64,000 bases of DNA from an uncultured cyanobacterium (GCA_963749915.1 CAVVOP010000027.1:64001-128000), one strand, 5' to 3'. Positions 1 to 10,796 are shown, counted from the stretch's first letter. Notes: generated by a model not told the origin, from the sequence alone. Translations and numbers: made by a program.

Positions 1-1227
1 AGTACCTCTACCCTTCCTGCTGGTGCTGTCAGGTTCCCTGTAGTTGCCACATTGCTTCCGGAAAGGCTCAGAGTTTGTCTGGAAGCTACGGCTAAGTCGG
101 CCGCGTTGTTGATGGCCCCTTGCTCTCCTTCAAACCGCAAGCTCATTGGCTGTTGTCCATTTACTGTCAGCAAAGGAGGCTACATCAGGATTAGTGGCAC
201 TAAACTCACTGCCATCCGCAAAAGTAAAACTATTGGCTGTGGTACCAATAAAAGAACCACTCAAATCCAAACTGGCATTTGGTCCCAACAGGATGCCATT
301 GGGATTGAGGAAAAAGAGATTAGCATTGCCCAACACCCCCAAAGTGCCCAGAATCTCTGAAGTATTATCGCCCGTTACCCGTGCGAGTATATTCTCAATG
401 CCTACAGGATTGGCGAAATATACCCCTTTGCCTGTTTCAATATTAAATTCGAGGAAGCTATGGAATAAGTTTACTCCTCTTTCTGCTCCACCGATTACCC
501 TGTCGTTATTCTCATTCATGGTTTCGATTTGGGTGTTTTCGGTGCCGAGGGTGGTGTCGGGTTGTAAACTAGGTTTTAATCCCCCCTCTAACTTAACTAT
601 TCCCCCAGGTGCGGTAAGATTCCCCTTATTTACCACTTTATCCGCCATCAGGATGATATTCTGCCCATCCCTTACTACCAAACTCGCCCGATTCTCAATT
701 TGACCTTGAGCATTACGAAACAAAGCCTCTGGCTTCACACTCAGCAGACTACTCCCTTGCGTATCCGCGGCACTAAAAACCCCGTCCTCTCCTAACTGAA
801 TATCTCCCGTTGTAGCGGTAAAAGAACCATTCAAGTCTAATTTAGCACCATTGCCAAACATAAACCCATTAGGATTAATCAGAAACAGATTTCCATTCCC
901 ATTCACCCCCAAAGTGCCGAGAATCTGCGAAATATTTTCCCCCGTCACCCTAGTCAGAATATTATTTACACCATCGGGGTTGACAAAATAGACACTTTGC
1001 CCATTACCCACATTAAATTCTTGAAAACTATGGAACAGATTTTCCCCCCTAACGGCACCTCCTTCAATTAAAGACTTAAGTTGATTAAGCTGATTAACTA
1101 CCGAACTTTCGTCTCCCAGGGAAGAATCAGGAGTAATTTGTGCTGATACCTTCTGAATGGGTAAAAAGGTGACGGTAAAAGGAATTAGGGATATGAGAAT
1201 CGAAGAAAAGGCAGATTTAAAAGACAA
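1..1227 (-). pseudogene. Filamentous haemagglutinin/TpsA-family exoprotein, 5' part, with +1 frameshift at ~177-180; continues beyond window start
   Basis: Signal peptide ending VSAQITPD and two TPS motifs (NLFHSF..FN, NLFLINPNG / NLFFLNPNG). After position ~180 another frame continues PLLTVNGQQPMSLRFEGEQGAINNAADLAV...GNLTAPAGRVEV to the window edge. May be a sequencing indel. Confidence 0.8.
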
Positions 1228-1397
1228 GGAACTTATTGAGCATAAGAGTTAGCAGGAACCTATTGCACCATTTTAGCATGATGATCTTGTTCCTAAATGA
1301 TCATAAAACCCAATTAATTTTTGATTGATATCCAGCTCAAATTACCAGAAATTAATTTATCGCACCATCAGACGTGGTGACTGTATTGTCCCTAAAA

Positions 1398-2183
1398 TCA
1401 AGACTCTAACTCTTGACCCTTTGGGCGAAATAAATGAGTATGCTCAGGATGATACAAACGGGAGCGAAAGTCATAATCTGATAATTTTTTTAAAGCTGGA
1501 CTGATAATATACATAGTCGTACGAATTAAATCATTAGTCTCCGTGGCGATCGCCATTTCCGTTAAAGGCACAATGATAATTTTTTCATCTTCCCAACCCA
1601 CCCGATAACATATCGCTACGGGAGTATCAGCAGGATAATGTAGTAATAAATCCTTTTGAGCTTTCCTGACGTGACGAGCGGCTAAATATAAGCACAGACT
1701 AGCCTGATGTGCAGCCAAACCCTTCAATTCCTCTTTTTCTGGAACAGGGGACGCGCTACCACTGACTCTCGTTAAAATAATGGTTTGCACTAACTCAGGG
1801 ATGGTTAATTCACTGCTAATTTTCGCCGCCGCCGCCTGATAAGCACTAATACCAGGGATCAGCTCAAAGGGAATATTTGCCTCTCCTAATTGCCTCATTT
1901 GCTCATGAATGGCACTGTAAAGACATAAATCCCCTGATTGAAGTCTAACCACTATCAATCCCTCTTTAACCTTGTCAATCATTAAAGGGATAATTTTTTC
2001 TAAGGTTTGATTACCCGTTGCAATTAATTGAGTATCTTGTTTAACATCCCTTAAAATTTGCTTAGGCACTAAAGAATCAGCGTAGAAGATAACATCGGCA
2101 CACTGTAAAATTTTGTAAGCCTTGACCGTCAATAAATCAGGATCTCCGGGCCCTGCACCGATAAAATAAACAGCAGATTTCAT
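1398..2183 (-). CDS. cobM: Precorrin-4 C11-methyltransferase
   Basis: VYFIGAGPGDPDLLTVK, YADSLVP, RLQSGD, ELTIPELVQTIILTR motifs. Confidence 0.93.
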   Translation of the reverse strand: MKSAVYFIGAGPGDPDLLTVKAYKILQCADVIFYADSLVPKQILRDVKQDTQLIATGNQTLEKIIPLMIDKVKEGLIVVRLQSGDLCLYSAIHEQMRQLGEANIPFELIPGISAYQAAAAKISSELTIPELVQTIILTRVSGSASPVPEKEELKGLAAHQASLCLYLAARHVRKAQKDLLLHYPADTPVAICYRVGWEDEKIIIVPLTEMAIATETNDLIRTTMYIISPALKKLSDYDFRSRLYHPEHTHLFRPKGQELES

Positions 2184-2466
2184 TTAAGCAAGGGAATAGA
2201 TAACAGTTACTAATTATTGATTGTTAATTGTCAATGGTCAATGATCAATTGCTAATAACTCTTTCACATTTTGTTACAATCATTTATGATTAGTGAATGA
2301 AAGACAAAAAATAAATGTCTATCAAAAGAAATTTAGTGCCTAGAAGCATTATAAATTCTAAAAGCCAGTGTTGTTCGCTCGAAACTACACTTAATCCCTC
2401 TCAGAATCATACTTGATAGAAAACCCAATGGATTCTGACCCGTTTAACAAATATAGAAACTAGATT

Positions 2467-4560
2467 ATGAAAAAAGACCTGAGAAAATATAGAAATATAG
2501 GCATTTTTGCTCACGTTGATGCTGGTAAAACTACTACCACCGAAAGAATCCTTAAATTAACTGGTAAAATTCACAAAATTGGTGAAGTGCATGAGGGTGC
2601 GGCAACAACCGACTTCATGGAACAAGAACAAGAAAGAGGTATTACAATTCAATCAGCGGCAACAAGCTGTTTTTGGAAAGATTATCAATTTAATATTATT
2701 GATACACCCGGACACGTTGACTTTACCATCGAAGTATATCGCTCCTTAAAAGTACTTGATGGTGGGATAGGTGTATTTTGTGGATCTGGCGGGGTAGAAC
2801 CCCAATCAGAGACAAACTGGCGTTATGCTAACGATTCTAAAGTAGCTCGTCTTATCTATGTCAATAAATTAGATCGTACTGGTGCTGATTTTTTCCGAGT
2901 TGTTAAACAAGTTAAAGATATTTTAGCGGCTACTCCTTTAGTAATGGTTTTGCCTATTGGGGTTGAAACCGAATTTAAAGGGGTTGTAGATCTTCTCACC
3001 CGTAAAGCATGGATTTGGGACGATTCTGGAGACCCCATGAACTACACCATTCAAGAGGTACCCGAGGACATGAAAGAGGATGTGGAGTTATACCGTGAAC
3101 AGTTGATAGAGACTGCCGTAGAACAAGACAACGACTTAATGGAAAAATATCTTGAAGGAGAAGAAATTGTGGTTGATGATATAAAGCGTTGTATCCGTAA
3201 AGGTACCCGTGATCTAGCTTTCTTTCCTACCTATTGTGGTTCTTCCTTCAAAAATAAAGGGGTACAATTAGTTTTAGATGCAGTAATTGACTACTTACCT
3301 GATCCCACGGAAGTTAATCCTCAACCTGAAGTAGATTTAGAAGGTCACGAAACCGGAACCTATGCCATCGTTGATCCTGAAAAACCTTTACGTGCCCTGG
3401 CTTTCAAGATTATGGATGATCGCTATGGTGCTTTAACTTTCACTCGTATTTACTCAGGAGTTTTAAGTAAAGGGATGACAGTTTTAAATACTGCCACCGG
3501 TAAAAATGAGCGTATTGGTCGTTTAGTGGAAATGCACGCCAATGATCGTATTGAGATTGAAATGGCCCAAGCAGGAGATATTGTCGCCATCGTGGGGATG
3601 AAAAATGTACAAACTGGGCATACTCTTTGCGATCCGAATCAACCTGCAACCCTTGAACCGATGGTCTTCCCTGATCCTGTCATCTCCATCGCCATTAAAC
3701 CGAAACAAAAAGGTGGGAACGAGAAAATGGGTATGGCTTTAAGTAAAATGGTACAAGAAGATCCCTCTTTCTATGTTGAAACCGATCAAGAAAGTGGCGA
3801 AACCATTATTAAAGGAATGGGTGAATTACACCTCGACATTAAAGTTGACATCCTCAAACGTACTCATGGTGTGGAAGTAGAAGTGGGCAAACCTCAGGTG
3901 GCTTATCGTGAGTCTATCACAAAAGTAATTAACGATAGCTATACTCACAAAAAACAATCCGGTGGATCTGGCCAATTTGGACGTATCGACTACACTATCG
4001 AACCTGGCGAACCCGGAAGCGGTTTCCAATTTGAATCGAAAGTTACCGGTGGCAATGTCCCCCGTGAATTTTGGCCTGCCGTTAACAAAGGTTTTGAAGC
4101 GAGTATTGTTAAAGGTGTCTTAGCTGGTTTCCCTTGTGTGGATTTAAAAATTACCTTAACTGATGGTGCATTTCACCCCGTTGACTCTAGTGCGATCGCC
4201 TTTGAAATTGCTGCCAGAGCGGGTTATCGTCAATCTATCCCCAAAGCAGGTCCTCAATTATTAGAGCCGATTATGAATGTGGATGTATTTACCCCTGAAG
4301 ATCACATTGGGGATGTTATCGGTGATTTAAACCGCCGTCGTGGCATGATCAAATCTCAAAACACCACTCCTATGGGGGTGAGAATCAAAGCCGAAGCACC
4401 CCTAAGTGAAATGTTCGGTTATATCGGTGACTTAAGAACTATGACTTCAGGACGTGGTCAATTTTCCATGGAATTTGATCACTATGCACCTTGTCCCAAG
4501 AATGTAGCGGAGGAAGTTATCAAAGAAGTTAAAGAGCGGGAATTAGCTGCCGCCAAGTAG
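2467..4560 (+). CDS. fusA: Elongation factor G (stand-alone paralog outside the str operon)
   Basis: [36 protein letters not shown]; 697 aa; no rpsL/rpsG/tuf neighbours. Confidence 0.95.
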   Translation: MKKDLRKYRNIGIFAHVDAGKTTTTERILKLTGKIHKIGEVHEGAATTDFMEQEQERGITIQSAATSCFWKDYQFNIIDTPGHVDFTIEVYRSLKVLDGGIGVFCGSGGVEPQSETNWRYANDSKVARLIYVNKLDRTGADFFRVVKQVKDILAATPLVMVLPIGVETEFKGVVDLLTRKAWIWDDSGDPMNYTIQEVPEDMKEDVELYREQLIETAVEQDNDLMEKYLEGEEIVVDDIKRCIRKGTRDLAFFPTYCGSSFKNKGVQLVLDAVIDYLPDPTEVNPQPEVDLEGHETGTYAIVDPEKPLRALAFKIMDDRYGALTFTRIYSGVLSKGMTVLNTATGKNERIGRLVEMHANDRIEIEMAQAGDIVAIVGMKNVQTGHTLCDPNQPATLEPMVFPDPVISIAIKPKQKGGNEKMGMALSKMVQEDPSFYVETDQESGETIIKGMGELHLDIKVDILKRTHGVEVEVGKPQVAYRESITKVINDSYTHKKQSGGSGQFGRIDYTIEPGEPGSGFQFESKVTGGNVPREFWPAVNKGFEASIVKGVLAGFPCVDLKITLTDGAFHPVDSSAIAFEIAARAGYRQSIPKAGPQLLEPIMNVDVFTPEDHIGDVIGDLNRRRGMIKSQNTTPMGVRIKAEAPLSEMFGYIGDLRTMTSGRGQFSMEFDHYAPCPKNVAEEVIKEVKERELAAAK

Positions 4561-4725
4561 GGGATAGCTCACGAGAGCAGGTTTTTTATAATATTGGGGA
4601 GATTAGGAGGTTATTATATTGTTAATTTCTCCTAACTCTCAACTCGTTTAGGGGTTAACCGAACCGTCGGGCATAATTGTGCCCCTAAAAGTTTGCTGTT
4701 TTTAAGAAAAAAGTAAATTAATTTT

Positions 4726-6117
4726 GTGAACTACCTACACTGAATCAGAGATTACAGTGTAGGCTTCCTGCCCAGAAACCAGCGTGGTAGTGGATTTCTT
4801 CCGTCCTCCCTTACTCCGTCTTACAGTTTGGCGACAGGCTTTTTCCCCCGTTCCAGAGGTCTTTAATATTCGTAGTCCTTCGTCTCGGATATTAATTGCC
4901 GCATTTATATCCCGATCATGTCTTGTCTTACACTTTGGGCATTGCCAATATCTTATTTCCAAAGGCAAACTTCCTACCTGATTTAAGCAAACATGACAGG
5001 TTTTTGAACTAGGGAAAAATCTATCCACTTCCAAATATACTTTCCCTTCTTGTTCGGCTTTATATTTAAGCATAGTGCAAAACATTCCCCAACCTACTTG
5101 TTGTATAGATTTAGCTAGGCAATGATTTTTGACCATCCCTTTTATATTAAGGTTTTCTAGCACTATAACTTGGTTGTCGTTTACTATCCTACGAGATAGC
5201 TTATGCAGAAAGTCCTCACGGCAATTAGTGTTTTTTTTATGTAATAAAGCAACTTTTAGTCTTGCTTTATGACGGTTGTTTGACCCTTTCTGTTTACGAG
5301 ACAATTGTTGCTGTTTTTTCTTTAAGTTCTTCTCATGTTTATTTAGTATTTTTGGATTATCAAATTTACTCCCGTCACTGGTAATGGCAAAATGGTTTAA
5401 TCCCAAGTCAATTCCTACAGCTTTACCTTCTGAAGATAATTGAGGTTTCTGTTTCCCATCTTCAAAAAGAATAGATGCAAAGTATTGATGACAGCAATTC
5501 TTAGTAATTGTGACTGTTTTAATTTTCCCTTCTATAGGGCGATGAAATTTAGTATAAATCAAGCCTATTTTGGGAACTTTTAAACAATTATTTTCTATCT
5601 TTATATTTGCAGGATATTGTAAAGATTGTTTACCATGTTTACTTTTAAAGTTTGGGTATTTAGCCCGTCTTTCAAAGAAATTATTAAAGGCTACTCCGAG
5701 ATTCAAACAGACTTGCTGTAAACAGGAAGAATAAGTATCAGATAACCAAGCTGTTTCTTCCTGTTTCTTTAATTGAGGTAATAGCTTTTTAACATCATAT
5801 CCAGACAAACCTTTACCTGTTTCTTTGTATGTTTCGTTCATCAAATTCAGAAAATGATTCCAAACCCACCGACAACTACCAAAGGCTTTTGCCAGTGTTA
5901 GTTTTTGAGATGAATCGGGATAAATTCTGACTTTAACGACTTTTAACATTTTAAGATAATGTTAGAGAGAACTTGATTTGCTATAAAGTATCTTAGCATA
6001 AATTTTTGAATTTGTGTGGACTCCCTACGGTCGATTTTATTGGTTGATCAAAATTCATCCCACGCCGAAACCTAGTTGTTTTTTTATCGTGTTTACGGCG
6101 TGGGGCTTCTTTTGACA
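4726..6117 (-). mobile_element. IS200/IS605-family element, IS1341-type (tnpB only)
   Basis: Right-end hairpin CCTACACTG/CAGTGTAGG followed by TAGTTCAC (4726-4763). Left-end hairpin CCCACGCCG/CGGCGTGGG (~6059-6104). No tnpA. Left boundary is approximate. Confidence 0.85.
4735..5949 (-). CDS. tnpB: RNA-guided endonuclease TnpB
   Basis: N-terminal HTH (FGSCRWVWN), RuvC-I GIDLG, RuvC-II VLENL, Zn finger CHVC..CPKC, RuvC-III DRDINAA. Confidence 0.95.
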   Translation of the reverse strand: MLKVVKVRIYPDSSQKLTLAKAFGSCRWVWNHFLNLMNETYKETGKGLSGYDVKKLLPQLKKQEETAWLSDTYSSCLQQVCLNLGVAFNNFFERRAKYPNFKSKHGKQSLQYPANIKIENNCLKVPKIGLIYTKFHRPIEGKIKTVTITKNCCHQYFASILFEDGKQKPQLSSEGKAVGIDLGLNHFAITSDGSKFDNPKILNKHEKNLKKKQQQLSRKQKGSNNRHKARLKVALLHKKNTNCREDFLHKLSRRIVNDNQVIVLENLNIKGMVKNHCLAKSIQQVGWGMFCTMLKYKAEQEGKVYLEVDRFFPSSKTCHVCLNQVGSLPLEIRYWQCPKCKTRHDRDINAAINIRDEGLRILKTSGTGEKACRQTVRRSKGGRKKSTTTLVSGQEAYTVISDSV

Positions 6118-6118
6118 T

Positions 6119-6433
6119 TTAAGCTAAGGGTTTACTTAGTAATAAATCTAGTCTATTTTCTTGCTCGAGCTGGTATAAATCATCGCAACCGCCCATATGT
6201 TGATCATTAATAAATATTTGAGGCAGAGTTTTCCTGCCATTTGCCCGTTGTGCCATTAATTTTCTAGCATTATTATCTCCATCTATTTTATATTCTTGAA
6301 ATTTGCATCCCTTAAGCCATAACAATAATTTTGCTTTGATACAATAGGGGCAAGTTTGCCATGTATAAATCTCTATTTTTGCGTTTACGTCTGTGACTTT
6401 TTGTCCGAATATTCGACTAATTATATTTAACAT
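6119..6433 (-). CDS. grxC: Glutaredoxin 3
   Basis: CPYC active site, TLPQIFI, GGCDDL. Confidence 0.9.
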   Translation of the reverse strand: MLNIISRIFGQKVTDVNAKIEIYTWQTCPYCIKAKLLLWLKGCKFQEYKIDGDNNARKLMAQRANGRKTLPQIFINDQHMGGCDDLYQLEQENRLDLLLSKPLA

Positions 6434-6514
6434 TTTAGTTCCTACAAATAATTTTTAATAATTTGAGTTTATTTAAACTGATTACTGTCAGATAAGTTGG
6501 CTGAGAATTTACGG

Positions 6515-7531
6515 TTAATCTTTATTTGTCAATGGTTTTATTTTAATTTTGGCAAGGCATAATATAAACTTTTCTTTGGAAAAAAAAAGATTTATTTGTT
6601 CTCTTTGATTAATTAAATAAATGCTAATTAAAGTTAAACATGCCCCTTGCCATTGTAATTCAGAAAGTTTTTCTTCTAGTAATAAATTACCAAAACTGAG
6701 GGCAAAAACGGGGGTTAAAAAGGTTAGAGCACTTAAACTGGTTAAATTCCCTTTAGAAGCTAAGAAAAAGAATAATCCGTAAGCGATCGCACTACCGAAA
6801 ATTGTCGCGTAGGCAATGGATAACCAAGCCGAAAAATCCAGATTAACCCATTGAGAAGTCTCAAATTGAAAACTGAGAATCAATAAGGCGAATCCTCCTA
6901 TCAGTAAATGCCATCCGGTAGCCACCACTGGATCAACATGACGAGATATAAAAGGTATCATAACAGTACCGCCAGCCATGGATAAAGAGGCAAGTAACAT
7001 TAACCATTGTCCATTATCAAATAACCCTTGCCAACTAAAGTCTAAACTCGTAAAGTCACCCTGCCACCAATTAATAATCCACTCATCGGGTAAGCCAATT
7101 AAACTAATGCCAATAATGCCCACAATTAAGCCTAACCATCCCCAAAAACCGATAATCTCCTTAAACAGCCAACGAGATAAAATCGCCACAGCTAAAGGCT
7201 GAGAATCAATCATCACCGAACCCAAACCCGCACCAGTGCGCACTAAACCCTCACCGAGAAATCCTTGAAACATAAAACCATCCACAAGGGAAAATAAGCC
7301 AATCCATAACCATCCTAGCCACGTTATCCGTCGATATTTACCGAGAAGAATGGCTACTAATAAAACTAAAATCCCCGCCGGAAATATCCTGATTCCTGCC
7401 ATAAATAGAGGTGTTGTCTGATGGATTACTCCTTTCATCGCTACCATAGCCGTGCCCCAAAGAAAAAAAGGCACGATTAAGATAATAGTTGTTAAAAAAG
7501 ATGAATTGTAATTAAATTTTGACTGCATCAA
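6515..7531 (-). CDS. DMT/EamA-family transporter
   Basis: About 10 hydrophobic helices in two EamA-like halves; PFFLWGTAMVAMK. Confidence 0.85.
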   Translation of the reverse strand: MMQSKFNYNSSFLTTIILIVPFFLWGTAMVAMKGVIHQTTPLFMAGIRIFPAGILVLLVAILLGKYRRITWLGWLWIGLFSLVDGFMFQGFLGEGLVRTGAGLGSVMIDSQPLAVAILSRWLFKEIIGFWGWLGLIVGIIGISLIGLPDEWIINWWQGDFTSLDFSWQGLFDNGQWLMLLASLSMAGGTVMIPFISRHVDPVVATGWHLLIGGFALLILSFQFETSQWVNLDFSAWLSIAYATIFGSAIAYGLFFFLASKGNLTSLSALTFLTPVFALSFGNLLLEEKLSELQWQGACLTLISIYLINQREQINLFFSKEKFILCLAKIKIKPLTNKD

Positions 7532-7681
7532 TGGTTAATATTGCCAAGGGTCGTCTATTTGTTATATTTCTTCATCTTAATTTAACTTGAGTTAAATCTG
7601 ATTTCTTTTTTTGCAATCATAAATTTTAGTGTTTCTTAAAAGCATTGGGATACAATTCGAGAAATTTTTTTGTAAAAAACC

Positions 7682-7709
7682 TTGACAATTTTTTTTTTTG
7701 AGAGACAAT
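7682..7709 (+). promoter_or_regulatory. Sigma70-type promoter for tRNA-Gly
   Basis: TTGACA (7682-7687), 16-nt spacer, GACAAT (7704-7709) just upstream of the tRNA. Confidence 0.55.
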
Positions 7710-7725
7710 GTTAGATGTACCAATT

Positions 7726-7797
7726 GCGGGTATAGCTCAGTGGTAGAGCGTCACCTTGCCAAGGTGAATGTCGCGCGTTCGAATCGCGTTACCCGCT
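7726..7797 (+). tRNA. tRNA-Gly(GCC)
   Basis: GCGGGTA/TACCCGC acceptor stem, AGCTCAGTGGTAGAGC D arm, CACCT-TGCCA-AGGTG anticodon arm, GTTCGAATC T loop. Confidence 0.97.
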
Positions 7798-7858
7798 TTC
7801 TTAAAAATTATAATGTGTTAGCTACAACTCACAAACACTAAAAAATGGATTTTAGATA

Positions 7859-8758
7859 ATGAATATAAGTAGTGCTTTGCCGACTTTTGTGGTAACTCTT
7901 AGGGAAGGTTTTGAAGCAGCTTTAGTGGTAGGGATTGTCTTTGCTTGTTTACAGAAAGCACAAAAACCGGGATATTATCCTTGGATTTATTCAGGTGTTA
8001 TGGTGGGGATATTCGCTAGTGTCTCGGTGGGTTTTTTTCTGTGGAATAGTTTACAACAGATAGACTCTAGCCAGTACTATTATGCTCCTGTTTTGAAACA
8101 ACTATTAAAAACTTTATTTGCGGTTATGGCCATCGCTATGTTGAGTTGGATGTTAGTTTGGATGAGTAAACAGGCTAAATCTCTTAAGGGTGAAGTGGAG
8201 GGTGCAATTAATAACGTCTTGAGCAATGAAAATGCTGGTACAAATATTTTTTTATTAGTTTTTATCGCCGTTTTACGAGAAGGTTTTGAAACGGTTTTAT
8301 TTATGGCAGCCAAATTTCAATCTGATTCCGTTAGTCCTACCATTGGGGCGATCGCCGGATTAGTATTAGCAGGGTTAATGGGATGGGCATTATTTTATTG
8401 GGGAATAAAAATAAATATCGGTTTGTTCTTCAAAATTATGGGAGTTTTTCTCTTATTAATTGTGGCAGGTTTAGTTATTAGTGCCTTAAAAAACTTAGAT
8501 GGTGCCGTGACAATTCTCAGTCAGATTAACTCTACTTATCAAGGTATCTGTTTATTTAATCAAGGCTCTTGTCTGTTAGGAATAACGGTTTGGAATACTA
8601 GTGATTTTTTACCAGATAGTCAATTCCCCGGAATACTATTAAAAACCTTATTTGGCTATCGAGATCATATCTACTTAGTACAGTTAATCTTTTATTTGTT
8701 ATTTTTATTTATTGTGGGTAATTTATATTTTTCTAGTTTGAAATCTAATAGTAATTAG
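7859..8758 (+). CDS. FTR1-family iron permease
   Basis: Two REGFE motifs in transmembrane helices. Confidence 0.92.
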   Translation: MNISSALPTFVVTLREGFEAALVVGIVFACLQKAQKPGYYPWIYSGVMVGIFASVSVGFFLWNSLQQIDSSQYYYAPVLKQLLKTLFAVMAIAMLSWMLVWMSKQAKSLKGEVEGAINNVLSNENAGTNIFLLVFIAVLREGFETVLFMAAKFQSDSVSPTIGAIAGLVLAGLMGWALFYWGIKINIGLFFKIMGVFLLLIVAGLVISALKNLDGAVTILSQINSTYQGICLFNQGSCLLGITVWNTSDFLPDSQFPGILLKTLFGYRDHIYLVQLIFYLLFLFIVGNLYFSSLKSNSN

Positions 8759-8929
8759 AATACTATGCTTTACCGTTAAGTCTTACAAACCTTACCAGAA
8801 GATGATTTTGCTAACAGGCAAGTAAGTTTGAGTAATATTAGATAAACGTCTTATTCCCTTCCAAGACATTGATTAAGAGTTTGAGACTATTTTCTTATAT
8901 CGAACTCAGCTAAATCGACAAGACTCAAA

Positions 8930-10054
8930 TTAATAAAGCTCATATTTTAACAAAGTGCAAGAAATACCACCGTTATTAATAGGAATACGGCGAGAGGTGC
9001 GTAAACCGACTTTTTTACCTAACTCCTTATTCCCTGTTAAAATATAGGCTGTCCAACCTTTAAAACGTTGCTTAAATACATCCCCCAACAGTTTATATAA
9101 GGGAAATAGGGCTTCAACATCAGAAATACGTTTACCATAAGGCGGATTACAAATGAGAATACCTGAGTCAGCGGGGGCGGTAATATCTACTAAATGCCGT
9201 TGATAAAACTGGACTTGATCTGCAATTTCACAGGCTTTGGCATTACTTTTGGCTTGGATAATAACATCAACGTCCGCATCCGTACCAATGAGAAGGGGTA
9301 AATGTTCTTTTTGGCTACTTTTGGCTTCTTTTAATAAAGAAGCCCATAATTGGGCATCATAATCTGTCCAATTTTGAAAACAGAATTTTTTACGATAGAT
9401 ACCGGGGGCTATATTTAACCCCATCAAAGCGGCTTCTAGGATAATTGTACCCGAACCGCACAAGGGATCGATAAGGGCTTGATCTGGTGTCCATCCTGTT
9501 ATATATAATAAGGCAGCGGCTAAAGTTTCTTTTAGAGGCGCTAATCCCATCGCCGAACGATAACCACGACGGTGAAGGCTATCTCCTGTACTATCAAGGC
9601 TTAAAATGCAGTTATTTTCGTGAATATGGGCGTTTATGGCTATATCTGGCTCAACGGTATCAACATCTGATCGTACTCCTTGCTGTTGCTGTTGTTGTTC
9701 AACGATGGCATTTTTAATTTGAATAGCGGTGACGTGACTATTATTTAGTTGGGGATTTTTGCCCGTGCAACGTACTGCTATAGTCTGATCTGGTTGTAGA
9801 TATTCCGACCAATCAATAGCTCTCACATTGCGATATAATTCCTCTGGGTTATAGCTTCTAACGGTGTGAATTGGTTTTAATACTCGAAAAATCGTTCTTG
9901 CCCATAAGTTTAACTTATACAATAAAGCTCGATCGCCTTCAAAATATACACCAGTAAACTCTGGTCTTACAGCCTTCGCACCCAATTCAGTTAATTCTTG
10001 GGCGGCGATGTCTTCTAAGCCTCTAGCAGTGGTGGCGAAATAAGATAAACTCAC
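8930..10054 (-). CDS. THUMP-domain class I SAM-dependent RNA methyltransferase (RlmL-like)
   Basis: YFATTARGLE, SLHRRGYR, APLKETLAA, DPLCGSGT, NPPYG; GTG start at 10054 preferred over TTG at 10084. Confidence 0.9.
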   Translation of the reverse strand: MSLSYFATTARGLEDIAAQELTELGAKAVRPEFTGVYFEGDRALLYKLNLWARTIFRVLKPIHTVRSYNPEELYRNVRAIDWSEYLQPDQTIAVRCTGKNPQLNNSHVTAIQIKNAIVEQQQQQQGVRSDVDTVEPDIAINAHIHENNCILSLDSTGDSLHRRGYRSAMGLAPLKETLAAALLYITGWTPDQALIDPLCGSGTIILEAALMGLNIAPGIYRKKFCFQNWTDYDAQLWASLLKEAKSSQKEHLPLLIGTDADVDVIIQAKSNAKACEIADQVQFYQRHLVDITAPADSGILICNPPYGKRISDVEALFPLYKLLGDVFKQRFKGWTAYILTGNKELGKKVGLRTSRRIPINNGGISCTLLKYELY

Positions 10055-10250
10055 AATAAACCATAAACAAATAACAGCTAACAATATATCACAAATAGAA
10101 ATTACTTAATAAGGCCCCCTATCCCACAAGTATAGGTTTTTTATCTAAAAGTTCGCCCTGGGATGAGACAAGGCAGACAAGGGGGGAAAGTGGACAAGGA
10201 GAAAAAGAAAAAAGAACCATTAAAACTCGTGAGGATTTAGTCATCTATTA

Positions 10251-10796
10251 ATGTTAAAAAGAATTGATATAAGTTGGAAAAATAACTTTTGGTTAAGAAG
10301 TTTAACTATTATTTTTTCCCTCATTGTTTGTTGTTTATTTTTATTGTTAAGAATACCCGGATTAGAATTAATTGGTATAACTCCTAATTGGTTATTAATT
10401 TGGTTAGTGGTCTGGAGTGTCAAAAGAAATTTATGGCAGAGTATTGTTGCAGGGATTTGTTTAGGTTTAATTTGGGATAGTTTAACGGGATTTTTTCCTT
10501 CTCACATTTTAGGTTTAATAATAGTTACTTTATTTACCAGCAATGTTTATCAAGATAAATATGTCAAAGAAGATGTAATTTCTCTCACTTTAATTGTTTT
10601 TGGAATGGCGATTATTAACGAAACAATTATTGCTTTACAGTACAGCATTCAGACTCAAATACCTTTAATTGATATATGGTTAAATTATCAAAAAAACTCT
10701 CTAAGTTCTGCCATTATTAGTAGTTTATGGACACCTTTAATCTATTATCCCCTTGATTATATTCTTAGTCCTTTACCCCATGAAAGAAATCGCTAA
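10251..10796 (+). CDS. mreD: Rod shape-determining protein MreD
   Basis: Hydrophobic; RIPGLELIGITPNWLLIWLVVWS and SSAIISSLWTP typical of cyanobacterial MreD. Confidence 0.85.
   Translation: MLKRIDISWKNNFWLRSLTIIFSLIVCCLFLLLRIPGLELIGITPNWLLIWLVVWSVKRNLWQSIVAGICLGLIWDSLTGFFPSHILGLIIVTLFTSNVYQDKYVKEDVISLTLIVFGMAIINETIIALQYSIQTQIPLIDIWLNYQKNSLSSAIISSLWTPLIYYPLDYILSPLPHERNR

Noticed and set aside
52..703. Plus-strand ORFs 52-360 and 146-703, and similar antisense or nested ORFs across the window (including those over the RTX gene)
   Set aside because: Shadow frames of well-supported genes.
2384..2392. Half-match to the putative TrcR box upstream of fusA
   Set aside because: Only one half resembles the box, and it is equally explained as a hairpin arm.
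9680..9700. Poly-Gln run in the methyltransferase
   Set aside because: Short, in-frame, mixed CAA/CAG codons; no sign of phase variation.
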